63,474 nucleotides of DNA from an uncultured Tissierellaceae bacterium (GTDB taxonomy: Bacteria > Bacillota > Clostridia > Tissierellales > Tissierellaceae), in assembly GCA_964539425.1 (NCBI GenBank), contig CAZIII010000002.1, forward strand, positions 1-63,474, in the 5' to 3' direction. A model generated the notes under the pieces. The model had not been told where the DNA came from. It saw nothing but the letters and a program-made list of their open reading frames with translations, and did not search any database. The translations under genes were made by a program, and so were the position numbers. Below are positions 18,012-26,908 of the stretch, piece by piece (within the stretch, counting starts at the first letter, position 1; each line of letters opens with the position of its first letter).

Positions 18012-19436
18012 CTAATTTGCTCCTTTAACCTTATTTAAAGCAAAGCTTAATCCTTCTACAACTGTAGGAAATTCTTCGTTTTTAATAGTTCTAAGGTCTA
18101 AATAAACCCTATCCTTATATAGCCTAGTGATTATAGGTATATGGAATTTTCGTAAGTTATTTTCAAACTCTTGAGTGCTATGATTATTTAAAGTCAGCAC
18201 TATGCATTTTGTTTTTAATTTTTCCAAAGGAAGAGAACCCCCTCCAACTTCTGAAAAATTATCTTCTATATCAATTACTAAATTGCCATCTGAAATATTG
18301 TCATGAATTTGTGATTTTAGGTCTACAGCTTTTTCCATTATCTCATCTACTCCCATGGAAAGCATAGCTAATGTAGGAATTTCTCTAGCTGCTACTCCTT
18401 CATCAAGATAATATCTCAAAGTTGCCTCAAGTGCTGATATAGTAAATTTATCTACTCTAAATGCCCTAGTTAGTGGGTTTTTTTTCATAGCATCAATATA
18501 CTCTTTTTTCCCAACAATAATTCCTACCTGTGGACCTCCTAAAAGTTTATCTCCACTAAAGGTAACAATATCTACACCTTTTCTTAGAGATTCTTGAACT
18601 GTAGGCTCATATTCAATGCCGTATTTAGATAAGTCAATCAATACTCCACTACCTAAGTCTTCGATAAGTGGAATATTATATTTATCCTTTAGTTCAAATA
18701 ACTCTTCAGAATCCACATTTGATGTAAAACCTAATATTCTATAATTACTTGTATGAACCTTCAATAAAGCTCCTGTATTTTCATTAATTGCATTTTCAAA
18801 ATCCCATAAATGAGTTTTGTTTGTTGTCCCTACTGCAACTAGGTTGGCTCCACTTTCCTCCATTACATCAGGTATCCTAAAAGAACCACCAATTTCAATT
18901 AACTCCCCACGGGAAACTATTACTTCTTTATTCTTTGCCATAGAACTAAGTACTAGGATTACTGCAGCTGCATTGTTGTTTACAACCATTGAGGCTTCTC
19001 CACCTGTAATCTCGGATATTATCTCTTCTAAGTGACTATACCTAGATCCTCTATTTCCAGTTTCCAAATCATACTCTAAATTAGAATAGTTAATAGCAAT
19101 TTCTTTTACATTATCCATTATTTTTTCGTTTATCAATGACCTACCTAAGTTAGTGTGGATAACTACTCCTGTGGCATTAATTACTCTTTTCAATTTATAT
19201 GAATTTTTTTCTTCTGCTCTTTTTTTTATCTTTATATCTATGTTTTTGATTTCTTCTATGATAGCTTCCTCAAGTATATCTTTTGATTTAATTTGATTTC
19301 TTATGCCTTCTATTTCCATTCTAATGGAATCTAATACTATTTTTCTAGGTATATATTTCAATAGCTCTTTTGTCTTATCATTATCTAATATTTCATCTAC
19401 CTTAGGTATTAATGTAAACAAATTCCTTTCTGCCAT
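18012..19436 (-). CDS. selA: L-seryl-tRNA(Sec) selenium transferase SelA
   Basis: 474 aa. VINATGVVIHTNLGRS and FSGDKLLGGPQ (PLP lysine region) are typical of SelA. Confidence 0.9.
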   Translation of the reverse strand: MAERNLFTLIPKVDEILDNDKTKELLKYIPRKIVLDSIRMEIEGIRNQIKSKDILEEAIIEEIKNIDIKIKKRAEEKNSYKLKRVINATGVVIHTNLGRSLINEKIMDNVKEIAINYSNLEYDLETGNRGSRYSHLEEIISEITGGEASMVVNNNAAAVILVLSSMAKNKEVIVSRGELIEIGGSFRIPDVMEESGANLVAVGTTNKTHLWDFENAINENTGALLKVHTSNYRILGFTSNVDSEELFELKDKYNIPLIEDLGSGVLIDLSKYGIEYEPTVQESLRKGVDIVTFSGDKLLGGPQVGIIVGKKEYIDAMKKNPLTRAFRVDKFTISALEATLRYYLDEGVAAREIPTLAMLSMGVDEIMEKAVDLKSQIHDNISDGNLVIDIEDNFSEVGGGSLPLEKLKTKCIVLTLNNHSTQEFENNLRKFHIPIITRLYKDRVYLDLRTIKNEEFPTVVEGLSFALNKVKGAN

Positions 19437-19455
19437 ATAATCCCTTCCTTATCTT

Positions 19456-20490
19456 TTATTCAACTATTATATAATGCTCTTGTTTTTCTATTACTTCTCC
19501 TACTAAAGCAAACTTTGTAGGGGTAGATTTCAATTCTTCTAGTAGTAGTTCAGCTTTTTCTCTTGGAATTGATATCAACAATCCTCCTGAAGTCTGTGGA
19601 TCAAATAAAATGTCTTCTATATCTTGAGGCACATATTCATTTATAAAAACATTTTCTCCAATATGTCCTCTGTTTGCATATGCTCCTGCAGGGACTAATC
19701 CCATTTGTGCATACTCTAATGCATTATTTATTATTGGAATATCTTTGTAATTAATCTTTATGGTCACAGAACTGCCTGTGGCCATTTCTAAGGCATGACC
19801 TAATAAACCAAAACCCGTAATGTCTGTAAGGCTATTTATGCCTCCTACGCGGTCCATAGCCTCCTTAGCATACTTGTTTAATGTGGACATGACAATTACA
19901 GCTTCATCATAGGTAGCCTTATCTACTATTTCTCCTTTTATAGCTGTGTTTATTATCCCAAGTCCTAAGGGTTTAGTTAGAATCAATACATCTCCAGGCT
20001 TAGCATTGCTATTTATTAAAACTTTATCTGGGTGCACAAATCCTGTAACTGAAAGTCCATATTTAGGTTCTTCATCCTCTACAGTATGACCTCCTACAGT
20101 TATGGCTCCTGCTTCCTTTACTTTGTCATAGCCACCTTTTAGTATTTCTGCTAAAACACTAGGTTTTAGACAATTAGGGAAACACACTATATTCATAGCT
20201 AATTTAGGTTCTCCACCCATAGCATAAACATCAGATAAAGAATTGGCTGCTGCTATTTGTCCAAAAGTATATGGATCATCTACTACTGGAGTAAAAAAAT
20301 CTAATGTTTGAATCATTGCCAGATCATCATTTATTTTATATACAGCAGCATCATCAGAAGTCTCTAAGCCTACTAATAAGTTTTCATCATATGATTTTGG
20401 TAAGTGACACAAAACTTGTGCCAATATATCGGGTCCGATTTTAGCCGCTCAACCAGAACTTTTGGTCAATTGTGTTAATTTTTTTTCCAT
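19456..20490 (-). CDS. selD: Selenide, water dikinase SelD, a selenoprotein with in-frame UGA at 20449-20451
   Basis: Upstream of the track ORF the frame continues as [31 protein letters not shown] (SelD active-site SxG(C/U)xxK motif). The ATG at 20488-20490 is preceded by GGGGTGGAG. The track ORF (19456-20424) is the post-UGA part only. Confidence 0.88.
20405..20451 (-). promoter_or_regulatory. UGA(Sec) recoding site with a candidate SECIS hairpin just 3' of it
   Basis: mRNA UGA-GCGGCUAAAAUCGGACCCGAUAUAUUGGC: an apical AUCG/CGAU stem extends through A-U/G-U/G-C pairs (GCUAAA with UAUUGGC, two bulged A). Hand-folded only. Confidence 0.45.
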
Positions 20491-20503
20491 TTACTCCACC
20501 CCT

Positions 20504-21130
20504 TTATTTAACTATTATTAACTCTTTTATACCCTCAAATTTCTTATCTCCTATACCAGATACATTTTTTATATCATCTATAGTACTAAATTTATTTGAT
20601 AACCTATAATCAAGGATTCTATCCGCTATAACATCACCTATACCTGGTAAGGAAAGTAAATCTGATTTGCTACATGTGTTTATATTAACCTTTCCTGTAC
20701 TATTACCATCTGTGATGGCTGTAGAAATTGATAGATCAGCTGATATTTCTTCCCCAATTTCAGGAATATATATTTTTTCTTCATCTACTAATTTCTTGGC
20801 TAAGTTGATTCTATCTAAATCTGCACCTTTTTTCAATCCCCCAGCTAATTCTACTGCATCTTTTACTCTTTTTCCTAATTCAACTTCTACTATTCCCGGA
20901 TTATATACTTGTCCACTTATATGCACCATAATAATTCCATCTTCCTCATCTATTATATCAGGTTTTTCCATGGATTCCGAAGATATATTTCCCAACTGGT
21001 TAATAATGTCCATATTTTCTGTTCTCGGTTTAATTATATCCTTGAATAAAAATTTGAAACCTAAAGTAAATATAATTATCAAAACAATTACTAGTATACC
21101 GATTTGCTCTCTTTTTGTAAAGGAACCCAT
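20504..21130 (-). CDS. comEA: Competence protein ComEA (membrane anchor, SLBB domain, tandem helix-hairpin-helix DNA binding)
   Basis: N-terminal TM, VHISGQVYNPGIVEV (SLBB), and C-terminal LLSLPGIGDVIADRILDYR...IDDIKNVSGIGDKKFEGIK (HhH x2). Confidence 0.88.
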   Translation of the reverse strand: MGSFTKREQIGILVIVLIIIFTLGFKFLFKDIIKPRTENMDIINQLGNISSESMEKPDIIDEEDGIIMVHISGQVYNPGIVEVELGKRVKDAVELAGGLKKGADLDRINLAKKLVDEEKIYIPEIGEEISADLSISTAITDGNSTGKVNINTCSKSDLLSLPGIGDVIADRILDYRLSNKFSTIDDIKNVSGIGDKKFEGIKELIIVK

Positions 21131-21246
21131 GAATAAACCCCCTAATTTATATTCTATATCTAGTATTATTCGACTTAATTCTTTTTTTTCCTTCTTTTTC
21201 CTTAAAATATTTTTGCTTATTTATACTTAAGTTTTTACCTATTATC

Positions 21247-21255
21247 TGGTATAAT
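21247..21255 (+). promoter_or_regulatory. Extended -10 promoter element upstream of the carboxypeptidase gene
   Basis: TGgTATAAT at 21247-21255, about 20 nt upstream of the GGGGG SD. Confidence 0.4.
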
Positions 21256-21285
21256 CTTATTTATTAGATTAAGGGGGTTTAAGAT

Positions 21286-22548
21286 TTGAAAAGGACTTTG
21301 ATTTTACTAGTTTTAATATTTTTACTTAGTACATATTCTTTTTCCTATGCTGAGGATTTGTCCTTATCAGGAGAAGGAGCTGTTTTAATCGATGTTGACA
21401 CCATGGAAGTTTTATATGAAAAGAATGCTCATTCAAAATTTTACCCTGCAAGTACTACAAAGATTATGACTGCTATACTTGCCATTGAGCTTGGGAAAAT
21501 GGACGAAATAGTAACTGTAGATCAAGAAGTAGTGAGTTTAACTGATGGAAGTCATATAGCATTAGAGCCTGGAGAACAAATGACTTTGGAAGATTTACTC
21601 AATGCATTATTGATTCAATCTGCCAATGATGCTGCTTTAGCAATTGCTAAACATATATCTGGAAGTATTGATGAATTTTGTAATTTGATGAATGAAAAGG
21701 CCAAATCACTAGGTGCGTTGAATACAAACTTTCTTAATCCTAATGGATTGCCTAATGAAAGCCATGTAACCACACCCTATGATCTGGGATTGATTGCTCG
21801 ATATGCAATGGAAAATGAAACCTTTAGATCTATTGTTAAAAACTATACTTACACCATACCAATAACAAATAAGAAAACTGAACCTAGATATTTAAAATCT
21901 GGTAATAAGCTACTATACAGCACTGGAAAGGTTGATGTAGATGGTGTAGCTACTCCAATTAAATACGAAGGAGTAAATGGAGTAAAAACTGGATATACTG
22001 TTGCAGCTCAACAATGTCTTGTAACATCTTTTGAAAGCGATGGCCATAATCTTATTGCCGTAGTGTTAAAATCTAATGGAAACAATGTTTATTCAGACAT
22101 TCACAAACTTTTGAACTATGGAAGAAATAATTTCGAGAAAGTACAGATTGGATTTGCAAATAAGTTTATTGATAATTTTAATGTAGAGAATGGTCTTATC
22201 CCTTTTGTAACAGGTGTCATCAAGAATGATACTTTCTATATTGTAAATAAGAAAGATAGTGATAAAATCGTAGAAAAAATCATAATGGAAGACCCTATAA
22301 CTGCCCCTATATCAAAGGATCAAGTAATAGGTAAGGTTCAATACTTGTTAAATAATGATGTTATTTCAGAATCAGATATTATATCCACTATGGAAATAGA
22401 TATAATTCCAGTACCTAGTTTATTTGAAAAACTCATTAGTAAATGGTACCTTGGTGTTTTTGCAATGTTGATATTAATTAGGCTTGCAGTACTTAGTAAA
22501 AGAAAAAAAGTGCGAAGACGTAGAAGGTCTAGCTTATATAGGGTATAG
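21286..22548 (+). CDS. D-alanyl-D-alanine carboxypeptidase (S11 family, low-MW PBP)
   Basis: Signal peptide, PASTTKIMTA (SxxK), SANDAA (SxN), VKTGYT (KTG) and a C-terminal TM/basic anchor. TTG start after the GGGGG SD. Confidence 0.88.
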   Translation: MKRTLILLVLIFLLSTYSFSYAEDLSLSGEGAVLIDVDTMEVLYEKNAHSKFYPASTTKIMTAILAIELGKMDEIVTVDQEVVSLTDGSHIALEPGEQMTLEDLLNALLIQSANDAALAIAKHISGSIDEFCNLMNEKAKSLGALNTNFLNPNGLPNESHVTTPYDLGLIARYAMENETFRSIVKNYTYTIPITNKKTEPRYLKSGNKLLYSTGKVDVDGVATPIKYEGVNGVKTGYTVAAQQCLVTSFESDGHNLIAVVLKSNGNNVYSDIHKLLNYGRNNFEKVQIGFANKFIDNFNVENGLIPFVTGVIKNDTFYIVNKKDSDKIVEKIIMEDPITAPISKDQVIGKVQYLLNNDVISESDIISTMEIDIIPVPSLFEKLISKWYLGVFAMLILIRLAVLSKRKKVRRRRRSSLYRV

Positions 22549-22573
22549 AACCCTTCGGTTTTACAATGATATT

Positions 22574-22608
22574 AAAAAATCCTAGTTTAAATTCAACTAG
22601 GATTTTCT
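22574..22608. terminator. Bidirectional terminator between the carboxypeptidase gene (+) and ridA (-)
   Basis: AATCCTAGTT-taaattc-AACTAGGATT with an A-run upstream and a T-run downstream. Confidence 0.75.
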
Positions 22609-22610
22609 TA

Positions 22611-22991
22611 TTATATTATTGCTATTGCTTCTATTTCTATATCTGCATCTTTTGGTAATCTTGCAACTTCTACTAAAGATCTACCAGGCTTATGGTCTCC
22701 AAAGAATTCCGCGTATGCTTCATTGATTGATGAAAAATTACCCATATCTTTTACAAAAACTGTAACCTTTACAATATTTTCTACAGAAGCATGACCTGCT
22801 TCTAGAACTGCTTTAACATTTTCCAAACATAATCTAGTCTCTTTTTTTATATCCCCTTTTGATAATTCTCCTGTAGCAGGATCAATTGGTAATTGACCAG
22901 AAGAAAAAATTATATTTTCAGCCTTTACACCTTGTGAATAAGGACCAACTGCTGCTGGTGCCTTTTCTGTTGATAAAAATCTTAATGCCAT
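22611..22991 (-). CDS. ridA: RidA family reactive-intermediate deaminase (YjgF/TdcF)
   Basis: 126 aa. APAAVGPYSQG...GQLPIDP...VKVTVFV...ARSLVEVARLPKDADIEIEAIA is a canonical RidA. Confidence 0.9.
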   Translation of the reverse strand: MALRFLSTEKAPAAVGPYSQGVKAENIIFSSGQLPIDPATGELSKGDIKKETRLCLENVKAVLEAGHASVENIVKVTVFVKDMGNFSSINEAYAEFFGDHKPGRSLVEVARLPKDADIEIEAIAII

Positions 22992-23004
22992 TTTGTTTCC
23001 TCCC

Positions 23005-23355
23005 TTATACTAATTTATCTCTTTCTCCATTGTCAGACCAAAGTCTTTCAAGCTTATAAAAGTCTCTATCTTCTTTATGGAAAACGTGAACTATTATATC
23101 ATTAAAATCTAAGAGTATCCATCTACCATTTCTGTATCCCTCTTTGGATACTTCTTCATCATTACTTGCTTCAAGAACCTTGCTCTCTACTTCATCAGCT
23201 ATTGCCTGAACTTGAGATGATGAGTTTCCACTAACTATTACAAAATAATCTGCAATTGGGGTTAACTTCCCTATGTTTAAAACTTTAATGTCTATACCCT
23301 TTTTGTCGTCACAAGCTTTAGTTATTATAGATAATTTATTGTCTAATTCTAGCAT
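23005..23355 (-). CDS. rsfS: Ribosome silencing factor RsfS
   Basis: 116 aa. KKGIDIKVLNIGKLTPIADYFVIVSGNSSSQVQAIAD...WILLDFNDIIVHVFHKEDRDFYKLERLW. Confidence 0.9.
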   Translation of the reverse strand: MLELDNKLSIITKACDDKKGIDIKVLNIGKLTPIADYFVIVSGNSSSQVQAIADEVESKVLEASNDEEVSKEGYRNGRWILLDFNDIIVHVFHKEDRDFYKLERLWSDNGERDKLV

Positions 23356-23368
23356 TAATTCGCCTCCT

Positions 23369-23941
23369 TTAATATTTATTTGATTCTATTATCAAATAAT
23401 TTCTTGCCTTTATTGTATTGGGATGAATAAGTTTATTGTTTTCAATTAAAAAATTAATGGTTTTTCCCATGGCCATAATAATACTTTGATTTATATCTAT
23501 AAATGCCATCTTTCTAACTTCTTCTACTCCCATAAAGTTTCTCTTTGGCTCTATATAATCAGCTATATAAATTATCTTTTCAAGAATACTCATATTAATT
23601 CTACCTATGGTGTGATAGTATATAGCATCTAGAATTTCTATATCTTCAATTTCATATTCTAACTTTGCTATTTTAGCACCAAGAGGCCCATGTATTAGCT
23701 CATGGTTATGTTCCATAGCATCATCTAAGATTATACCAAAGTCAATAGTTCTTTTCAACAAATATGTTTCATCACTTATCTTTCCACAATCATGTAAAAT
23801 TGCTGCAGTTTTTATTTTTTCCAAATCCGCATCATATAATTTTGCTAATTTTATTCCAGTTTCCATAACTCTCAGTGAATGTGAATATCTCTTTTCACCA
23901 ATAGATTCTATCAACTTGTTTTCCCAATTTCTATTCATCAA
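23369..23941 (-). CDS. yqeK: HD-domain bis(5'-nucleosyl)-tetraphosphatase YqeK
   Basis: RYSHSLRV...AAILHDCGK HD motifs. 190 aa. nadD-yqeK-rsfS order as in Bacillus. Confidence 0.85.
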   Translation of the reverse strand: MMNRNWENKLIESIGEKRYSHSLRVMETGIKLAKLYDADLEKIKTAAILHDCGKISDETYLLKRTIDFGIILDDAMEHNHELIHGPLGAKIAKLEYEIEDIEILDAIYYHTIGRINMSILEKIIYIADYIEPKRNFMGVEEVRKMAFIDINQSIIMAMGKTINFLIENNKLIHPNTIKARNYLIIESNKY

Positions 23942-23944
23942 TAC

Positions 23945-24547
23945 TCACCTAATATATAAATTATTATCTAATATATACTTTTCTACATTTTCTGGAACTA
24001 GATATTTTATACTCAAGTTATTGCTAACTCTCTCTCGAATTTCTGTAGAAGAAATCTCTATCATTGGAGAATTAACTATACCTATACTAATATTATATGA
24101 GAACTTCAATGATTCAATTCTATTAATAATTTCTTCATCATCTTTCCCAGGTCTACTTAGCAAAACGAACTTGCATAAATCACTAAGTTTTTCTATATCC
24201 TTCCACTTATCTATTTCAAAAAGTATATCTGTTCCAAAAATAAAATATAATTCATCGTCTTTATACTTCTCTTTTAGATCAATTATAGTATCTATGGTAT
24301 AAGTGGTACCCATCTTTTTAATCTCCAATAATGACATTTCAAAATACTCATTAGTATCTATAGCTAATAGAACCATGTCACACCGCAAATTAGATTCAGA
24401 TATTTTTTTGTTATCTTTAAATGGGTGTGATCCTGATGGCATAAATATTACCTTATCAAAACTTAAGGTAGTTCTTGCATATTCTGCAATTATTAAATGA
24501 CCATTGTGAATTGGATCAAAAGTTCCACCTATTATACCAATCTTCAT
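23945..24547 (-). CDS. nadD: Nicotinate-nucleotide adenylyltransferase NadD
   Basis: MKIGIIGGTFDPIHNGHL (HxGH) and ISSTEIR motifs. Start at MKIGII is preceded by AGGGAG. The track start 24 nt upstream lacks an SD. Confidence 0.9.
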   Translation of the reverse strand: MKIGIIGGTFDPIHNGHLIIAEYARTTLSFDKVIFMPSGSHPFKDNKKISESNLRCDMVLLAIDTNEYFEMSLLEIKKMGTTYTIDTIIDLKEKYKDDELYFIFGTDILFEIDKWKDIEKLSDLCKFVLLSRPGKDDEEIINRIESLKFSYNISIGIVNSPMIEISSTEIRERVSNNLSIKYLVPENVEKYILDNNLYIR

Positions 24548-24571
24548 GATTTTCTCTCCCTTATTTAGCAA

Positions 24572-24605
24572 TTAAACTTCAGAAATATTTAATTCTGAAG
24601 TTTAA
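24572..24605 (-). other. 13-bp perfect hairpin between yhbY and nadD (intra-operon stem-loop, no T-tract)
   Basis: TTAAACTTCAGAA-atatttaa-TTCTGAAGTTTAA. Not followed by a U-run on the coding strand, so more likely a processing or stability element than a terminator. Confidence 0.3.
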
Positions 24606-24611
24606 ATTACC

Positions 24612-24905
24612 TTACCTTGGTAGTTCAATCTTTTTATTTTCCTTAGATTCTTTATATAATACAAATTTACTACCAATGCTTTGCACAAATTCTGCATCTA
24701 TTTCATCGGCAATTTGGTTAGCCACATCTGTAGCATCCAACATACTATTATTTAATACCTTAATTTTAACTATTTCTCTAGCCTCTAAAGCATCTTCTAC
24801 TTGTTTAATGAAACTTTGACTTACTCCATTCTTTCCCAATTGAAAAATTGGATCTATGGCATTAGCCATACCTTTTAGAAATGCTCTTTGTTTTCCAGTT
24901 AGCAT
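24612..24905 (-). CDS. yhbY: CRM-domain RNA-binding protein YhbY
   Basis: 97 aa. LTGKQRAFLKGMANAIDPIFQLGKNGVS...REIVKIKVL is a canonical YhbY/CRS1 domain. Confidence 0.88.
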   Translation of the reverse strand: MLTGKQRAFLKGMANAIDPIFQLGKNGVSQSFIKQVEDALEAREIVKIKVLNNSMLDATDVANQIADEIDAEFVQSIGSKFVLYKESKENKKIELPR

Positions 24906-24920
24906 TTTTCACACCCCTTA

Positions 24921-25103
24921 TTAAACTTCTATTTCTTTCTTCAATGACCTTCTATGCTTTTCGTAATCTGTAGAACCTTTCTTCCAACCAGTTCGTGACT
25001 TTTCTTTAGGAACATAATTTTCATTTATTATTACCTCATCTTTAGCTAAACAATAATATGTTGGTTGATTTTCTTTACAGTTATCACAACTTAAGCAGTC
25101 CAT
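24921..25103 (-). CDS. Hypothetical 60-aa Cys-rich, basic-tailed protein
   Basis: MDCLSCDNCKENQPTYYCLAKDE... (C3-x2-C6-x2-C9-x8-C18), then the Lys/Arg-rich tail KEKSRTGWKKGSTDYEKHRRSLKKEIEV. GGAGG lies 12 nt upstream. Wedged between obg and yhbY. Confidence 0.5.
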   Translation of the reverse strand: MDCLSCDNCKENQPTYYCLAKDEVIINENYVPKEKSRTGWKKGSTDYEKHRRSLKKEIEV

Positions 25104-25121
25104 TTCAATAATTAACCTCCA

Positions 25122-26393
25122 TTAATCAAAGAATTCAAATTCATAACCACATATAATAACATTATCGTATTCTTTAATACCTAGATCTTTCAGTTTATCG
25201 ATTATACCTTTCTTTCTAAGCATATCTTGGAAATATCTTAATGAATCTACATCATCAAAAAATGTGGAATTTAAAAGTCTTTCTACAAACTCACCTTCAA
25301 CAACATAATCTTCGTTTTCTCGTCTAACAATTACGGAATCTTCCTTATCTTCTTCTACATGTACAAAATGCTCATCAAAGGTTTCACTTTGTATTTCAGT
25401 ATTTGTGAGTAATTCCCATATTCCATATTTTAGATCCTCAATTCCTGCTAAAGTCGCAGCAGAAACACTATATATCTTATAACCCTTAGGTTCAAATTCG
25501 GCCTTTATCCTAGTCAACCCTTCCTCTGCTCCAGGGATATCCATCTTGTTAGCAACGATTATCTGTGGCTTGTTACTTAATTTTAAATTATATTGATTTA
25601 ATTCTTCATTAATCTTATAAAAATCTTCTACAGGGTCTCTATCCTCACTACCTGAGATATCTAAAACATGAACAAGAACCCTAGTCCTTTCAATATGCTT
25701 TAGAAAATCATGTCCAAGTCCTGCACCTTCGTGAGCTCCCTCTATTAATCCAGGTATATCTGCAATCACAAATGATTTTTCTTCTGCTACCCTAACTACA
25801 CCAAGATTTGGTTTTAAGGTAGTAAAATGATAATTAGCAATCTTTGGCTTTGCAGCTGATACAGTTGATAATATAGTAGATTTGCCTACATTAGGAAATC
25901 CTATTAAACCTACGTCAGCAAGAAGTTTCAACTCCAAAACAATATTTCTTTCTTGTCCTTTTGTGCCTGGTTCGGCAAATGCTGGGGCCTGCCTAGTAGG
26001 AGTTGCAAATTTAGCATTTCCTCGACCACCTCTACCTCCTCTTGCAATTACAAAGGTTTGGTCTTTTTCTTTCAAGTCTACAATTACGCCACCAGTACCT
26101 TCATCCTTGACTAATGTGCCAACAGGTACCTTTAGTACTATATCTTGTCCTGCCTTGCCATATTGCTTTTTAGACCTTCCATCTTCACCATGTTCTCCTA
26201 CATAAGAGCGCTTATACCTAAAATCCATCAAAGTTCTAATTCCATCATCAGCCTTTAGAACAATGCTACCACCATTTCCACCATCTCCACCATATGGTCC
26301 CCCAGCAGGTTCAAACTTTTCTCTTCTCCAAGATACAGAGCCGTCCCCACCTTTACCAGCTTTAACTGCTATCTTCGCTACATCAATAAACAT
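25122..26393 (-). CDS. obg: GTPase Obg/CgtA
   Basis: MFIDVAKIAVKAGKGGDGSVSWRREKF (Obg fold), GFPNVGKST, DIPGLIEGA and NKMD G motifs, plus a C-terminal TGS-like OCT domain. Start at MFID is preceded by GAGGA. Confidence 0.92.
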   Translation of the reverse strand: MFIDVAKIAVKAGKGGDGSVSWRREKFEPAGGPYGGDGGNGGSIVLKADDGIRTLMDFRYKRSYVGEHGEDGRSKKQYGKAGQDIVLKVPVGTLVKDEGTGGVIVDLKEKDQTFVIARGGRGGRGNAKFATPTRQAPAFAEPGTKGQERNIVLELKLLADVGLIGFPNVGKSTILSTVSAAKPKIANYHFTTLKPNLGVVRVAEEKSFVIADIPGLIEGAHEGAGLGHDFLKHIERTRVLVHVLDISGSEDRDPVEDFYKINEELNQYNLKLSNKPQIIVANKMDIPGAEEGLTRIKAEFEPKGYKIYSVSAATLAGIEDLKYGIWELLTNTEIQSETFDEHFVHVEEDKEDSVIVRRENEDYVVEGEFVERLLNSTFFDDVDSLRYFQDMLRKKGIIDKLKDLGIKEYDNVIICGYEFEFFD

Positions 26394-26451
26394 TATCATC
26401 ATCCTCATTTTTTACTTTCCCAATTATCCCACTTAACACTCTAATAAATTT

Positions 26452-26479
26452 ATTATATCAATTCTATTTTACCTGTCAA
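26452..26479 (-). promoter_or_regulatory. SigA-type promoter upstream of obg
   Basis: Minus strand TTGACA (26474-26479), 16-nt spacer, TATAAT (26452-26457). Confidence 0.55.
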
Positions 26480-26572
26480 TCACTATATATTATCTCATTT
26501 ATTTTATTCAAATATGCGATTTTTATACTATACATAATAAATACAGAATTGGTATTAATTCATCTATATATT

Positions 26573-26608
26573 GAAAAAATTATAGGCTTACCATGATGGT
26601 AAGCCTAT
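26573..26608 (-). terminator. Intrinsic terminator after rpmA
   Basis: ATAGGCTTACCAT-g-ATGGTAAGCCTAT perfect 13-bp stem, followed on the minus strand by AATTTTTTC. Confidence 0.8.
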
Positions 26609-26611
26609 AGT

Positions 26612-26905
26612 CTATGCTAATTCTTCTTCAACAGAATAAACACTAACTTGTTTCTTGTCTCTGCCTTTTCTTTCAAATTTAACTACACCATCAACAGTAG
26701 CAAATAAAGTATCATCGCTTCCTTTGCCTACATTGTTTCCAGGGTGTATTTTAGTTCCCCTCTGTCTAACTAGAATGTTGCCAGCTAAAACGAATTGACC
26801 GTCTCCTCTTTTAACACCTAATCTTTTAGCTTCACTATCTCTACCATTTCTAGAACTACCTACTCCTTTTTTAGAAGCAAATAACTGTAAATTCAATTTA
26901 ATCAT
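26612..26905 (-). CDS. rpmA: 50S ribosomal protein L27 with a Firmicute N-terminal propeptide
   Basis: [32 protein letters not shown]. The propeptide precedes the conserved ASKKG. ATG at 26903-26905 after GGGAGGTG. Confidence 0.92.
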   Translation of the reverse strand: MIKLNLQLFASKKGVGSSRNGRDSEAKRLGVKRGDGQFVLAGNILVRQRGTKIHPGNNVGKGSDDTLFATVDGVVKFERKGRDKKQVSVYSVEEELA

Positions 26906-26908
26906 CAA

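Noticed and set aside
20667-21230. 187-aa ORF antisense to comEA. The same class includes 46105-46752 (215 aa, antisense to rnfG/rnfD), 57617-58300 (227 aa, antisense to mrp/DUF134), 59271-59819 (182 aa, antisense to UPF0316), 43118-43486, 36403-36795, 37882-38313 and 27838-28215
   Set aside because: All lie entirely opposite well-supported genes and have Ser/Ile/Leu/Phe/Pro-rich low-complexity translations. They lack SD sequences and family motifs. They are typical shadow ORFs produced by codon bias in AT-rich genomes.
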